Shown: piece after piece, positions 1 through 12,009 of the stretch | Numbering within the stretch: position 1 is the stretch's first letter | Layout: each line of letters starts with the position of its first letter | Assembly: GCF_018350175.1 (NCBI RefSeq) | Contig: NC_058368.1 | Coordinates: 157,606,001-157,670,000 of the forward strand | DNA: 64,000 bases | Direction of reading: 5' to 3' | Source of the DNA: Felis catus | Taxonomy: Eukaryota | Translations under genes and position numbers: made by a program | Notes under the pieces: model-generated | The model's database searches: none | Told to the model about the DNA's origin: nothing | The model's input: the letters and a program-made list of their open reading frames with translations, nothing else

Positions 1-34
1 GGAAGGTAGTTATAAACAAAAACAAAAACTTACT

Positions 35-200
35 TTTCCCAGTCTCCCTTGTAGCTAATGTTTAGATATGTGACCTAAGTATTACCAATTTGATAGCTAA
101 GGAAGACCTTGCCTCAGAGGTGAGCTATGGAAGGAAACAAGCTGGTCACATCATTTTGCTGGCTGTGGAGTGGATGGCAGAAGCCAAACCTTTTTGGGAT
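35..200 (+). mobile_element. Old ERVL-class LTR fragment (LTR16/MLT1-like)
   Basis: ttcccagtctcccttgtagcta...atgtgacctaagt..ccaat resembles the LTR16/MaLR core as recalled; boundaries approximate. Confidence 0.45.
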
Positions 201-589
201 CAGTTGTAGCTCCAATTTCATTCATCCAGTTCTTGAGTGTGGTACTGACAGAATCCTAAGACAAAACCTCCAAACTGGCTGGCCCAGCTTAAAGCTGTAG
301 CCTTAAGATCCAGTTCAAACAATTTTTCTTGACTCTAGTGGGTCAGTCTCATCCTCTTTTTCTCCTTATTTTAACAGTGATAATTAATTTCATAATATTT
401 ATAATTTTATAGTAGCTTTTTTGGAGACCTTATTCTAAAAGCTCATGTACAAATTAGCAGTACTGAGACTATTATACAAGAGGATTCTGGCACCTAATCA
501 CCACTGAATCTAATGGAGACATCTACTTTTCTACTGTATTACACTTGTTTGTGATATGAGTGAGTTTCTGTGGGATTTAGCATAGCAAT

Positions 590-772
590 GATTTACTTAA
601 ACTTCAGTGTATGTTAACAGTCACAGGTAGAGCTTGTTAAGATGTGTATTTCTCTACCCACAGAGATTCTGATTCATTTGGTTTGATGAGGAGCACAGCA
701 GTCTGCATTTGAATATCTTTTTAGGTGATTCAGATGCAAGTGGTCCACGGAACATATTTTTGTAGACATTGG
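590..772. mobile_element. MER5-like hAT-Charlie MITE
   Basis: cagagattctgattca, gtctgcattt, ggtgattcagatgca, ggtccacggaacata match the MER5A layout. Confidence 0.7.
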
Positions 773-2911
773 ACTATAGTTGAACTCCTTACACATTTTT
801 TTAAATCTGTATTTACCCTCATTCATCAACATTAGCTCAGTGCCTGACTCATGGTATTCTGTAAGTATTTGCTTAATGGCTGATTTTTTTTATTGTATGA
901 TGAATAATAAAGGACATGGATATTGAAAACAGTTGCACTTTACATATATATGTAGCTCAAAATCTCAGAATGCTTTGGAACTAAAGAAGCAAATTGAATA
1001 ATATTTTTCCGCACAGTGATTCAACAGGTTCTCTAACAGTCACACTACTGGTTCAGTGGGTTTCCCACTAAATCCAGGATTCATTTTTAATGCATAGTCA
1101 AATATAAGGTTCTACATACTAATTTTTGACTCATGTATTTATCAGGGGCAATTGTACCCATATGCCTGATATGTTTATTGCTAAACAAGATGTCTTCTTC
1201 CAGAGCTTGAATGCTTTAGTTCTAGAAGGACTTTCCCTCCTACTGCTCTTCTAGCCCTCCCCTCTCTGACAGTATCTCAGGGTATCAAGAGAAAAGTTTG
1301 AGAAAAACAGCATTTGTGAAATCGTACCTTCTAAGACCCAATTACGTATTGATGATGATGTGGAGATAATCACAGGGCTCAGATGTAAGCTCATTTATTT
1401 CTTCAGCTTTGGCTCTTTGTCTGCCTGAGTTTGAGTAGTTAGGCATGATAACAGTGCCAACAGCAGGTGAACATGGTTTGAGGAGAGAAGAGAAAGATCA
1501 GGAACAAAGACCTGAAGCTGAAATCTCTCAGAATGCGTATACTCACCGCTGGCCCTGATCCCCACAGAAGCCTTGCAGTGCTTATTTCTACTTATAGGGA
1601 TTCTGACTGTCATGCCTTGTCTCCTTTGGATGGCCCCTCTTATACAAAGTCTTGTTTGGTTTTCCCCATCTGCATTCAGTAAGATCTGGCCAGGAACCTC
1701 TATTTTGTAGTTATTTCTGTGAATCCTCTATCTCTTCTGCCAGACTGTTAGCATCCTGATGGCAAGGTAACTGGACTGAATAAGGACTCCATAAAAGTGT
1801 GAATGAGCTGTTGGCAGAGAGCCCTGTTTTCCTGCTGTGAATGGAAGGACTGGGACGAACATGCTAAAATGTACTAAGAGGTTTTGAGAGAGTATTTGTT
1901 AGAGGGAGGAGTTGGGAGGGGGAGGGAGGGTAAGAATTTTAAAGATAAGGGAGTAGAAAGTTTCTGGAAATTGGTGGTATACCCATAGAGTGGAATACTA
2001 AATAGACAATGAAGAGAAGGATCTTTGCAAGAGGTATAAGTGAGGCAATGATTCGTTCACTTTTCCTTTTTAAAACAACTTGGTGAAATGTATTTTACAT
2101 ATAATTAAATCCATCCATTTCAAGTGTACAATTCAATGATTATTAGTAACTTTACTGAGTGGTGCAGTCATCACTGTAAATCACTTTTAGAGCATTTTCA
2201 TTTTCCCAACAATATCCCTTATAGACATTTATAGTTATTCCCATTCCCACTCCCAGGCCCAGGCAGCTACCAATCTGTTTTATGTCTATAAATTTGCCTT
2301 TTCTGGATACTTCTTTCATATAAATGGAATCATACAATATGTGGTCACTTGTGTCTGGCTTCTTTCTCTTTGCAAAATGTTTTTGAGGTTCATCTGTGAT
2401 GCGGCATGTGTTGGTAGTTCCTTCCTTTTTATTGTCAAAGAGTATTCCATTTGTGGACATACCATACTTACTATACCCATTTACTGGTTAATTGACATTC
2501 AGGTTGTTTTCAGCAATGTTGTTTTCAGCTTGGGACTATTATCAACATTTCTGATATTCTGCAATGAAAATTTCTCTACCAGTCATGGTGTAGGCATATG
2601 TTATACTTTTTCTTGTATAGATATCTTGGAGTGGAATTGCTAGGCCATTTGGTAGTTTTGTGTTTAGTTTTTTGAGAAACTTCGAAACTTCTTTTTAAAG
2701 TGTTCATTTTTTATTGTCACTAGCAACGTATGATGGGGTCCCAATTTCTCCACCTCCTTACCAACATTTGTTATTGTCTGTCTTACTTGCTCCAACCATT
2801 CTAATGGGTACGAAATGGTATCTCATTTTAATTTACATTTTCCTAGTGACTATAGATGTTGAACATCTTTTCGTATCTTTATTTGCCATAAATCATTTGC
2901 ATATCTTCTTT

Positions 2912-3132
2912 TTTTTTAAAATTTTTTTTCAACGTTTATTTATTTTTGGGACAGAGAGAGACAGAGCATGAACGGGGGAGGGGCAGAGAGAGAGGGAGAC
3001 ACAGAATCGGAAACAGGCTCCAGGCTCCGAGCCATCAGCCCAGAGCCTGACGCGGGGCTCGAACTCCCAGACCGCAAGATCGTGACCTGGCTGAAGTCGG
3101 ACGCTTAACCGACTGCGCCACCCAGGCGCCCC
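2912..3132 (-). mobile_element. Can-SINE (young Felis-type SINEC)
   Basis: Reverse complement of ggggcgcctgggtggcgcagtcggttaagcgtcc head, CT-rich linker, A tail; TSD tgcatatcttcttt at 2898-2911 and 3135-3148. Confidence 0.97.
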
Positions 3133-3200
3133 AATGCATATCTTCTTTACAGTGAAATATCAGCTCATATATTTTTGCCCACTTTTAAATTTGGTTATCT

Positions 3201-3314
3201 TGGGCACCTGGGTGGCTCAGTCAGTTAAGCGTCTGACCCTTGATCTCTGCTCAGGTCATGATCTCACTGTCCCTGAGATGCAGCCCTAAGTCAGGGTTGG
3301 TGCTGTCAGTGGGG

Positions 3315-3359
<45 letters not shown>

Positions 3360-3447
3360 CTTTCTCTCTCTCACCCCTTCCCCTGCACTCACTCATGCTT
3401 TCTCTCTCTCTCTCTCAAGATAAATAAACATTAATAAAAATAAAAAT
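3201..3447 (+). mobile_element. Can-SINE with expanded (CT)n
   Basis: gggcacctgggtggctcagtcagttaag head, (CT)n, aataaa tail. Confidence 0.93.
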
Positions 3448-3841
3448 AAATTGGGTTGTCTTTTTATTATTGAGTTGTAAGAGTTATTTGTATATTTTGG
3501 ATATAAATTCTTCATCAGATACCTGTTTTGCAAATATTTTCTCATAGTCTGTTGCTTGCCTTTTTTATTTTGTTAAAGTTGTCTTGTGTAGCACAGAAAT
3601 TTTAAAGTTTGATAAGGTCCAATTTATCAATTTTTTTCTTTTATGGAATGTGTTTTTGGTGTCATATCTAAAAAAATTTTCCCTTACTTAAGGTCTCAGA
3701 GATTTCCTCCTATATTTTCTTGCTTTTTAACTCTTACATTTAAATCTTTGATCCATTGAGTTAATTTTTATATATGGTGTGAGGTGAGGGTCTAAGTTCA
3801 TCACTGGGCATATGGATAGCTAGTTGTCCTCACTTGTCTTA

Positions 3842-4038
3842 AAGATTTTATTTTATTTTTTGTTGAGGGGAGAGCTGGGGTGGGGGGAAGGCAGAGGGAG
3901 AGGGAGAGAGAGAATCCTAAGCAGGCTCCATGCTCAGCATGAAGCCCAACAAGAGGCTTGATCTCATGACGATGAGATCATGACCTGAGCCAAAATCAAG
4001 ACTCAGAGGCTTAACTGATTGAGCCACCTAGGTGCCCC
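3842..4038 (-). mobile_element. Can-SINE (older subfamily)
   Basis: SINEC body; TSD cctcacttgtctta at 3828-3841 and 4038-4051. Confidence 0.93.
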
Positions 4039-4659
4039 CTCACTTGTCTTATAAACTGACCTCTATTGAGTGCTTGGTTTTAGGGTAGGCACTGGTGATA
4101 CAAAATGAATTATATAATTTCCAATTCCAAGTCAAGTGTAGGGAGTGTAACATAGTCAAGGAGTGTAGAATGGAGGAACACACTAACTGAAGATCTGGTG
4201 ACTTCTGAGATAAAATCAAGGAGGTGGTGTCCTCAGAGAAAAGACCTATACATATTAGCCTAGTATAGTGTAATGATTTCATCATCTTTGGTCTCTTAAC
4301 ACACTAGTTTGTTGCCATCTGTTTTAAGGTTTATTTCTAAAAACTTATGATTAATAAAGACTTTAAATCCATTTTTAAAAAACACTTGATATTCTTAGAA
4401 TGGAGGGTATAGTGCTACCTTAGAATTCATCATATCTCAGGTTATACCCTGAGAACATGTCTCCCATGTGGACATTATTTTAGACAAATGCTTGAAAACT
4501 CTGGTTTGGTGGATGAATATTAGATTAGGAATCAAGAGACTTACTCTGGGACTAAATGGCTTTATGTTTTTGGAAAGTCACCTAACTTCTGAGACCTTCA
4601 ATTTGCTCCCAGTTTAAAATGGCAGTTCATTTTCAAGCTCTTTACTTTGGAATGTTCTA

Positions 4660-4790
4660 TTTGTTTATTTAGTCAGCATTTATTGAGTACTCATTTTGTG
4701 CCAGGCATTGTGAGGCACTATTAAGAAAAGGTAAGACAAAGGAGCCAGATGCTTTTATAGAGAGAGATGAGAAAACAAATCATTAAAAGA
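4660..4790 (-). mobile_element. L2 3' end fragment
   Basis: cagcatttattgagtac...tgtgccaggcattgtg signature. Confidence 0.55.
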
Positions 4791-6094
4791 TAATATGTTC
4801 CACATTTTATGTTAGTTCTACAATTCCCTTAGTCTAGAAATGCATAGCTCTTCTGACCAGGGAGTTAACTAGGGAAGACAAAGAAAAGGGAAAATTACTC
4901 CAAAGATCAGCTTTCACAATGTGCTATGCAGGAGAGAATTCACATGTTAGACATGTGACAGAGGACTTCCAGCCTATACAGCTGCAGCCTACCTTTGCAC
5001 AGTGGGATTTCTTCATGTTGTGGTAAAAAAGGTATACTTACTTCCTTAAGAATAGTAATGGGGAAAGGTATATAACTTGGCAGATATTGGGTATATAATT
5101 CACTTTATTGTATTTAAGATTATAATGGATTTTTTTTTTTTTTACATTTCAGGTTTTCCTAAAAAGCAAAACTATAGTATGACATTTTGTTAAGAAGTAT
5201 GTTTTTAATGTATTGCAAGAACATGAATGTGATATAAATCAACTATAAATCATGCCCCTGTTTTTAAGACTTTCTTTCAGGTTCTGAGTTATATTCTCTA
5301 ATACATTTCCTGAAGTTTCTTTTAGAACTACATAACCTTCAGACTTGAACCTAATCTAATAGTCTTTTGTGTAATGTACAGACAGGAAACCTCTGATCTG
5401 AAACATTTTTCAGACTGTGGGTGCTGTGCTTGGCTTGAGTTTACCCTGAAATTCTCCCCTGTTTACTTCCACACACATGTATATTTTCTCTTTTTGACAG
5501 TAGATAGTCTGGGGCTGCTTGTATGTGAGTAGTGGAATGGTTTGCAAAGTTATAAAAAAATTAAGCTAACATTCCATTCCATTCATATAGCTTTATAGTC
5601 TTGGCAGATGTACCATTTAGGGGCAACCATAGTTCAAGTGTACTTAGGTAAGCCTTAACCATACATTGTGTTTTGAAAAGGCCTTGTCTTGGTCTATTAG
5701 TCAGCATGCTTGGTTGCAACAGATGGAAATTCAACTCAAATTTACTCAAGTGAGAAAGAGAATTCGTTGTCTCTCTTAACTGGAAAGTGTCAGTGTGGAA
5801 CTGGCCTTAGCACAGCTGAGTCTAGGGACTCAACAGAATTCTTGGCTCTCTTGATTTTTCTCACTCAATTCAGCATTCTTCTAGGTATCGGCATTATTCT
5901 ATAGCAGATTTTGTGTGTATGGTAGTCAGTGATGACCACTGGCACCTCCAGACTCCTCTGTTCTTTTTAAGTCAAAGTCAGAGGAAGAGAGATTCTTTGG
6001 TGTCCATATATTACCTTTCATCATGGGACTCTGATTGGTCCTGCTTGGGTCATATGTTCATCCCCTTGTACTAATCTGTGAACAGTGGAAGGTA

Positions 6095-7317
6095 CAGTAA
6101 AACCTTGGTTTGTGAGCACAATTCGTTCCGGAAACATGCTTGTAATCCAAAACATTTGTATATCAAAGCAAATTTCCCCATAAGAAATAATGGAAACTAA
6201 GATGATTCATTCCACAACCCAAAAATATTCAGATAAAAATGATTACAATATTGTAATATAATACAAGATAATAAAGAAAATATAAAATATAAAGAAAAAT
6301 AAACGAACTGGCACTAACCTTTGAAAATCTTCATGGCTGAGAGAGACCAGACAGAAGAGGGTTATTTTGTAGGAGGACTTTTACTATCGCTAACAGGATC
6401 ACTGCTATCTATTGGCTCAATGGAATATTTTTCTTTTTGTTTAGCTTTAACAAGGAACCTATCCAATGACACTTACTTTTGCCTCCTTTTGAGGATTTCG
6501 TGGAAATGGCATCGCATTGCTTTAAACAGATTCGTCGCTCGCACTGCTATCACCTTATTCAGGTGGTGCTTTTTTACATAATTTTGCACTGTTTCCCACA
6601 TTTTACACATCTCCCTAATCTCATTTGAAGTGAAGGATTCTTCCACCTTTTTTTCCTCCTCCTCCTCTACAGATGAGATGCTGACGTAGACTTCTCATAA
6701 AATCTTGCAATTTTGGCCACTCACATACCTTGTTTATACTTCTTGATGATTTCTTTCTTAACTTCCACCATAATCATCTTCTTCCTATTGCCTTTCTTTT
6801 CAACCTTTTTCTGCATAGGGCCATTGTATATACTCACATGGTTGTTGACTACAGTACAGTATTAATGAAGTCTTATCATATACTGTATTTAATATAACTG
6901 GCAATAAGGCAGCAGAGAAAAGAGTCTATCTACATCTGCAGGCAGCCTGCCTAGAATGAAGCAAAGTATTCCTAAGCTTCCTCTTATATGGAAAAGCAAA
7001 GGACTGTCCATAGGTGCTTTGAAATGATAAAAAATACAGTAGTGTCAGTGGTGAGCACCTTCCAATGTTCTGAAAAGTCACTGATTTCTGCCAAACATGA
7101 CAGCCTGAGACCAAGCATTTGAGCATAGGAGATGATCACCACGATCCTGCAGTGAGAGAGAACTGTTGACTGACTGACTTGTGATCATGTGATTTGGTGT
7201 CACGTACTACTCATATTGCAAGACATCACTCATTTACCAAGTTAAAATTTATTAGAAATGTTTGCTCATCTTGTGGAATACTTGCAGAACAAGTTACTTT
7301 CAGTCAAGGTTTTACTG
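6095..7317 (-). mobile_element. pogo/Tigger-like DNA transposon, internally deleted, non-autonomous
   Basis: TIR cagtaaaaccttg (13 bp perfect) at both ends; TA TSD at 6093-6094 and 7318-7319; minus-strand transposase remnants. Confidence 0.92.
6362..6824 (-). pseudogene. Tigger-like transposase remnant (N-terminal HTH joined out of frame to the C-terminus; DDD domain absent)
   Basis: Hand translation: MQKKVEKKGNRKKMIMVEVKKEIIKKYKQGM*VAKIARFYEKSTS (6816-6682), then ISSVEEEEEKKVEESFTSNEIREMCKMWETVQNYVKKHHLNKVIAVRATNLF...EILKRRQK*VSLDRFLVK (6679-6362). Confidence 0.85.
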
Positions 7318-8504
7318 TATAAAGAATGACTAGCCCAGGAGCTGTCCCAGCTCATGAAGCCAGGTCAGAGTAAAGCCCTCTGATTAATAAGTTCTCCAGA
7401 TCCACATGGGGTGAAAGAGGAGCAGGTCCCTAGTGGATGCCAGGAAGACACAAACAACAGATGTCCACTACATTTGGTAAGGTGTTACTAAGCACTCTTA
7501 AGTGAGAGGAGCACTGGCTTTCATTTGCCACAAAAACACATAGCTGCTGCTAATTGTATTGCAACATGTATTTATCTACGAAACCATCTCGAATATTCTA
7601 GAGATCTATTCAACTCATTCTTTCTTTTTCTTACTTATGGTTATAAAATGTCTTTTTACTGAATTGACAGCATCAATTCTTAAAATTAATTTTCAAATCT
7701 TACCAAGTTTTTGTAAATATTCCCATTGTAATTGCTTGCAAAAACTATGTTTAGTTCATAATAAAAATCACAAGTATATTAGTTGAGAGAGATTATTTAA
7801 GAAGTGGTAGTTCTCAGATAATTTCGATGTGTTGATGGCATTTGATTACCTGGAATTAAACAAAATTATTTGGATGGAATTGGTTTCAAATCCTTACTTA
7901 AAGACTAGAAAAGAGTTTTTAAGTGGCCACAGTTATAAGTTTCCAGTAAACCACATTTCCTTTCCTTTTAATTCTCAGATCTTGACCCTGATTAGCTTTC
8001 TGATAAGGGAAAATTCCAAAACACATATGAAGGAGAGAATTACATTGAGACATTTTAAATAGCAAGTCCAAATACAGTAATCTTTTTTTTTCTTTCTCAT
8101 ATTCACAAATTAGGACACCTCTAGCTTTTAAAATAGAGTAAGAAAAAGGGGTGGCATACATACAGAGCAAATCAACATTTAAATATAGCACATTAGACTT
8201 CTTTGTATATCAAAGATGAGTAATGAAATGTAAGTTGATTTTGGTTTTAGAAAACGTTCTGGATGTTGGCTGCTCATGCTGTGTTGCCATGCTCTAGAGC
8301 TTTATGGGGCCTGTATCACAGGATGAAAGATGAGGTGAAATCAAATCAAAAAAGCCCTGCTATATTGTTATCATTCAACCTTTTTTGGACTATGTCCAGT
8401 GTAGATACATTATATACAGAATTCCTATATATATGCTTAATTTTAGTAAGTACATATCTTGTTCTTTGAGTCTACAGTTCATAAAATTAGAAGCATTATG
8501 TGAA

Positions 8505-8600
8505 TGACTGGTTCCTAGGAAATACACACTGAAATATGTAGTGGTAAAAGGCATGATGTCTCCCACTAACTGTCAAGTGGTTTAAACAGCAGCAATAATC
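8505..8600 (+). mobile_element. L1MC/L1ME 3'UTR fragment
   Basis: aaatacacactgaaatatgtagtggtaaaaggcatgatgtct motif. Confidence 0.55.
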
Positions 8601-8959
8601 ACATGATGTTCTTTTATATAAATGTTTCATTGTTTATCCAGCCAGTCCTATCTGGGTAATTATATGTGGAGGGAGATGAGAAAACTGGATAACTTCAACT
8701 CAGGCAATTGCATTTTCTTTAAGTAGTTTTATTATTTGGTTTGAAATGTTATACCTTCCAAAGTTTTAGGCCATATTCCCAAGTCATTATATAGGCCATT
8801 AGAGTTTATAATTGAGTTGACTATATACTTAAAATATTACTTCCAAGGACTTCCAGTGAAATGTGGGAATTGAGTCATGAGTAGATGAGAGATTCAACAC
8901 CATTTTAGCAGATAAAAAGCAAAGACTAAGATGCTAAAATATGTAACTCCAGTTTGAAA

Positions 8960-9990
8960 GACCCACTGAGTGCACAATGAATGAAAAGAGACACTTGTAA
9001 AGGAAGCCTTCATAAAATTCAACACCCTAAGGGGCACCTGGATGGCTCAGTCGGTTGAGCATCTGACTTTGGCTCAGGTCATGATCTTGTGGTTTGTGAG
9101 TTCAAGGCCCGCATCAGGCTCTGCATTGACAGCTAAGAGCTTGAAGCCCGCTTCAGATTCTGTGTCTCCCTCTCTCTCTGCCCTTCCCACACTCATGCTC
9201 TGTCTCTCTCTGTCTCCCAAAAAACAAATGTTAAAAAAATTTTTAAAAATTTCAGCACCCTAGAATTAAAAAGAAAATGCTGGAAGGCCACGTCATGTAC
9301 AATAGCTAATAGAATGGCATAGTACATCTCAGCAGAAATTTTGGAGGATAGAAAGCAGTAAAGCAATGCCACTAAAACTCTGAGAAAAACTGGTTTTCAA
9401 CCTAGAGTTGTAGATTCAGCCAATAAATCATGAGGGTAGAATAGAGACAGTTTTAGGTAAATAAAATTTATAAGAATTACCTTCTTTAAGTTTTTCTTAG
9501 GAAGTGACTAGAAGATCTATTCCAACAAACTGAAGGTGCAACCCAAGAAAAACAAAAAAAAGTCCCAAGGCCCGAGGACCAGGGTATCTAACACAGGAAA
9601 TTGGTGAAAGAAATTTCAGCTTTGCATTGAGCCTAGAGAGCCACAAGTAGCTGACTGTAGCAAGAGGATGGAAGTTCCATAATGGAAATAAGGGGGAAGA
9701 AATGACATGGATGGATTATTTGATTACATTAGACTGCTGAGCAATTAATGTTGATGGGTATGTGATCAATATGATGGAGCATTCGGAAAAAAAATATATC
9801 AAAATTTCTAATATTGCTAGTTTAAGGAATTTAGTTATAAATATATTATTTAGAAGCACAGAGTTTAAATAACTAGAAGAAATAGTTAAACAGATACAAA
9901 TGGTTACTTACAGGGAAGAATGCAGCTAGGACTGATGAATGATTATCAGCTTTTTAGTACTATTTGATCACATTGTCCAGTATATCAGTT
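8960..9990 (+). mobile_element. Old L1 ORF1-like element (HAL1-like), interrupted by a SINE
   Basis: 9308-9425 translates NRMA*YISAEILEDRKQ*SNATKTLRKTGFQPRVVDSAN, like the ORF1p C-terminal domain; no ORF2 follows. Confidence 0.65.
9031..9248 (+). mobile_element. Can-SINE
   Basis: Full head and tail; degenerate TSD ttcaacaccctaa / ttcagcaccctag. Confidence 0.95.
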
Positions 9991-10054
9991 ATGTTGATTA
10001 AAAATAATAATCAAGTGGAAATAGAAGTAGTTCAAACTGAAATAAACTAAAGGT

Positions 10055-10155
10055 ATTAATAATAGGAGTAACTGGGTGTAGGGCATATGGGAACTCATCT
10101 TTACAATTTTTCTGTAAATCTAAAACTGTTACTCTAAAAACTAAAGTCTTAAAAA
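10055..10155 (+). mobile_element. L1MC-type 3' end
   Basis: aactgggtgtagggcatatgggaactc...ttttctgtaaatctaaaactgtt. Confidence 0.65.
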
Positions 10156-10450
10156 TTGAACTGCAGAAGCAGGAAAGATGAAAGAAAGAAAGTACACTAT
10201 AATGCATACTATATAATATACTAGCTATAGTATAATAAAATTAATAAACATCAAATATACAAAAAATAAAATCGATTTTGTTGCTTATTTTCAAAACAAG
10301 GTATTAAAAATAAAATATTGCATTTTTTTAATAAATCTTATCTATACATATTTGTCCTATATTTTGAATATTCACCATTACCAGTCAATTTACTCTTTTT
10401 CATGGCAACTTATAACTTAAAAAAATTTTTTTTTAAGTTTATTTATTTCA

Positions 10451-10669
10451 GGGCACCTGGGTGGCTTAGTTGGTTGGGCGGCCGACTTCAGCTCAGGTCA
10501 TGACCTTGTGGTCCATGAGTTTGAGCCCTGCATCAGTCTCTATGCTGACAGCTCAGAGCCTGGAGTCTGCTTTGGATTCTGTGTACCCCCCTCTCTCTGC
10601 CCTTCCCCACTCATGCTCTGTGTCTCGCTCTGTCTCTCAAAAATAAATAAATGTTAAAAAAAAAATTTT
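10451..10669 (+). mobile_element. Can-SINE inserted into the tail of an antiparallel SINE
   Basis: Full SINE; aagtttattt duplicated at 10435-10444 and 10670-10679. Confidence 0.93.
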
Positions 10670-10871
10670 AAGTTTATTTCTTTATTTTGAGAGAGTCCGA
10701 GACAGGGTGAGCAGGGTTGGGGTAGAGAGAGAGGGAGAGATAATCTCAAGCAGGCTCTGTGCTATCAGTGCAGAGCCAGACGTGGGGCTCAAACTCACAC
10801 AACTGTGAGATCATGACCTGAGCGTAAACCAAGAATTGGACGATTAACCAACTGAGCCACCCAGGCACCCC
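10670..10871 (-). mobile_element. Can-SINE (host; remainder of its tail at ~10419-10450)
   Basis: SINEC body ending ccaggcacccc; outer degenerate TSD caactta. Confidence 0.92.
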
Positions 10872-11069
10872 TTCAACTTACGATTTTTTATATAATGAAT
10901 GAATACCCCTGTTTAACCTCTTCACCCCCGTTTAAGCATCTTAAACCAGTAAGAGCAGACCACATTATAAGTTGGGCAGGACTAGTTAGGGCTTGGGTGG
11001 TCAATGAGCATATCTGGCTAGGCCACATCTCCAAAATGTTGCACTATTTATTGTTGGGCATTATTGCAC

Positions 11070-11190
11070 CCCATTTTCATCTCCATCAATCTGGCTAAAT
11101 GGTAGTTCAGTTTCATAGGAATTAAGTGACTTATCTGCTGATCTAGTGGTAGACTGAGACTTAGAAATCAAGCCATCTGATGCCAGGGTT
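11070..11190 (-). mobile_element. MIR fragment
   Basis: ttaagtgactt...ctagtggtagactgagacttagaa. Confidence 0.5.
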
Positions 11191-12009
11191 AGGGGTATAA
11201 CTTTACCCTGGGGCACCAAAGATAGTGGCATCTCCTATTGCTGTCATCATAATAGGCACTAAACATGAAAGTGTAAACTCCAGGACAGTGAGATTGACCC
11301 TGAAGCAAAACCATGATGGGCATATAGTGTTTGGATGGAGGTCTTTAGCATGTTTTAGTGCAGGTTTACTAATCTCCTTCATACTTCCTATACTTTTAAA
11401 ATCCCTTTTTATATGCTAAGAGCTAGACATTGTAGGAAACTCCTCTCATACTTGTTTTCTCTCTGTAGATCCAGCAAATGAAAATGAAAGCACTGCAATA
11501 GCTAAATATCTAAGCTAAAACATATTTTAAAACCCCTAATTGGTATAATAACCTATAATTTTCTTTTCTTTTTGGCATCACCCATTTTGTATCTTGCATT
11601 TCCAGTTTCCTTCAATCACATAATTATCAGATATTCTTGTGGATTTTAAGAGGTGGTTTTGGTGTCATATTCTTCAATTAATTGACCAGTTTGCTTCCAT
11701 TAAGTGTAATCTCTTGTGCTTTGACTTCCTGCCTATGGGACATTTGAGTTTAGTAGTACCTTTTGAGGCTTTTTTCCTGATTCATTGACTTTAATACTCG
11801 TTCCTGGTCCAAGTGAGATTTGTTGGAGGTGGTACAGAGAATATTCTTATGTGTACTTGCAGATTAAGCTTCTCTAAAAGTAATGCTATTTCTGGGTATA
11901 ATATTGGATTGACTACCTTGGTTCTGTTGATTTTCATTATGTGAATAATGGCCAGATAAACCTCTTTTCTTTGGCTGTTCCACTGACTTTCGAACTTGGT
12001 TACAGATCT

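Larger units (their letters stand above)
2070..3835 (-). mobile_element. Old L1 (L1M-type) 3' region, interrupted by two SINEs
   Basis: 3'UTR signature tttcaagtgtacaattcaatga; ORF 2152..2460 is a decayed L1 ORF2 tail/3'UTR; ORF2-like antisense sequence resumes after the SINEs. Confidence 0.85.
5690..7472 (-). mobile_element. MLT1J/K-like MaLR solo LTR, split by the Tigger-like insertion
   Basis: ttggttgcaac...aactcaaa...taactggaaagt at the left end and acaacagatgtccactaca terminus at ~7470. Confidence 0.7.

Noticed and set aside
5130..5290. Strong-looking splice acceptors (T-tract + cag at 5152; ctttcag at 5280)
   Set aside because: No convincing downstream donor or sustained open frame.
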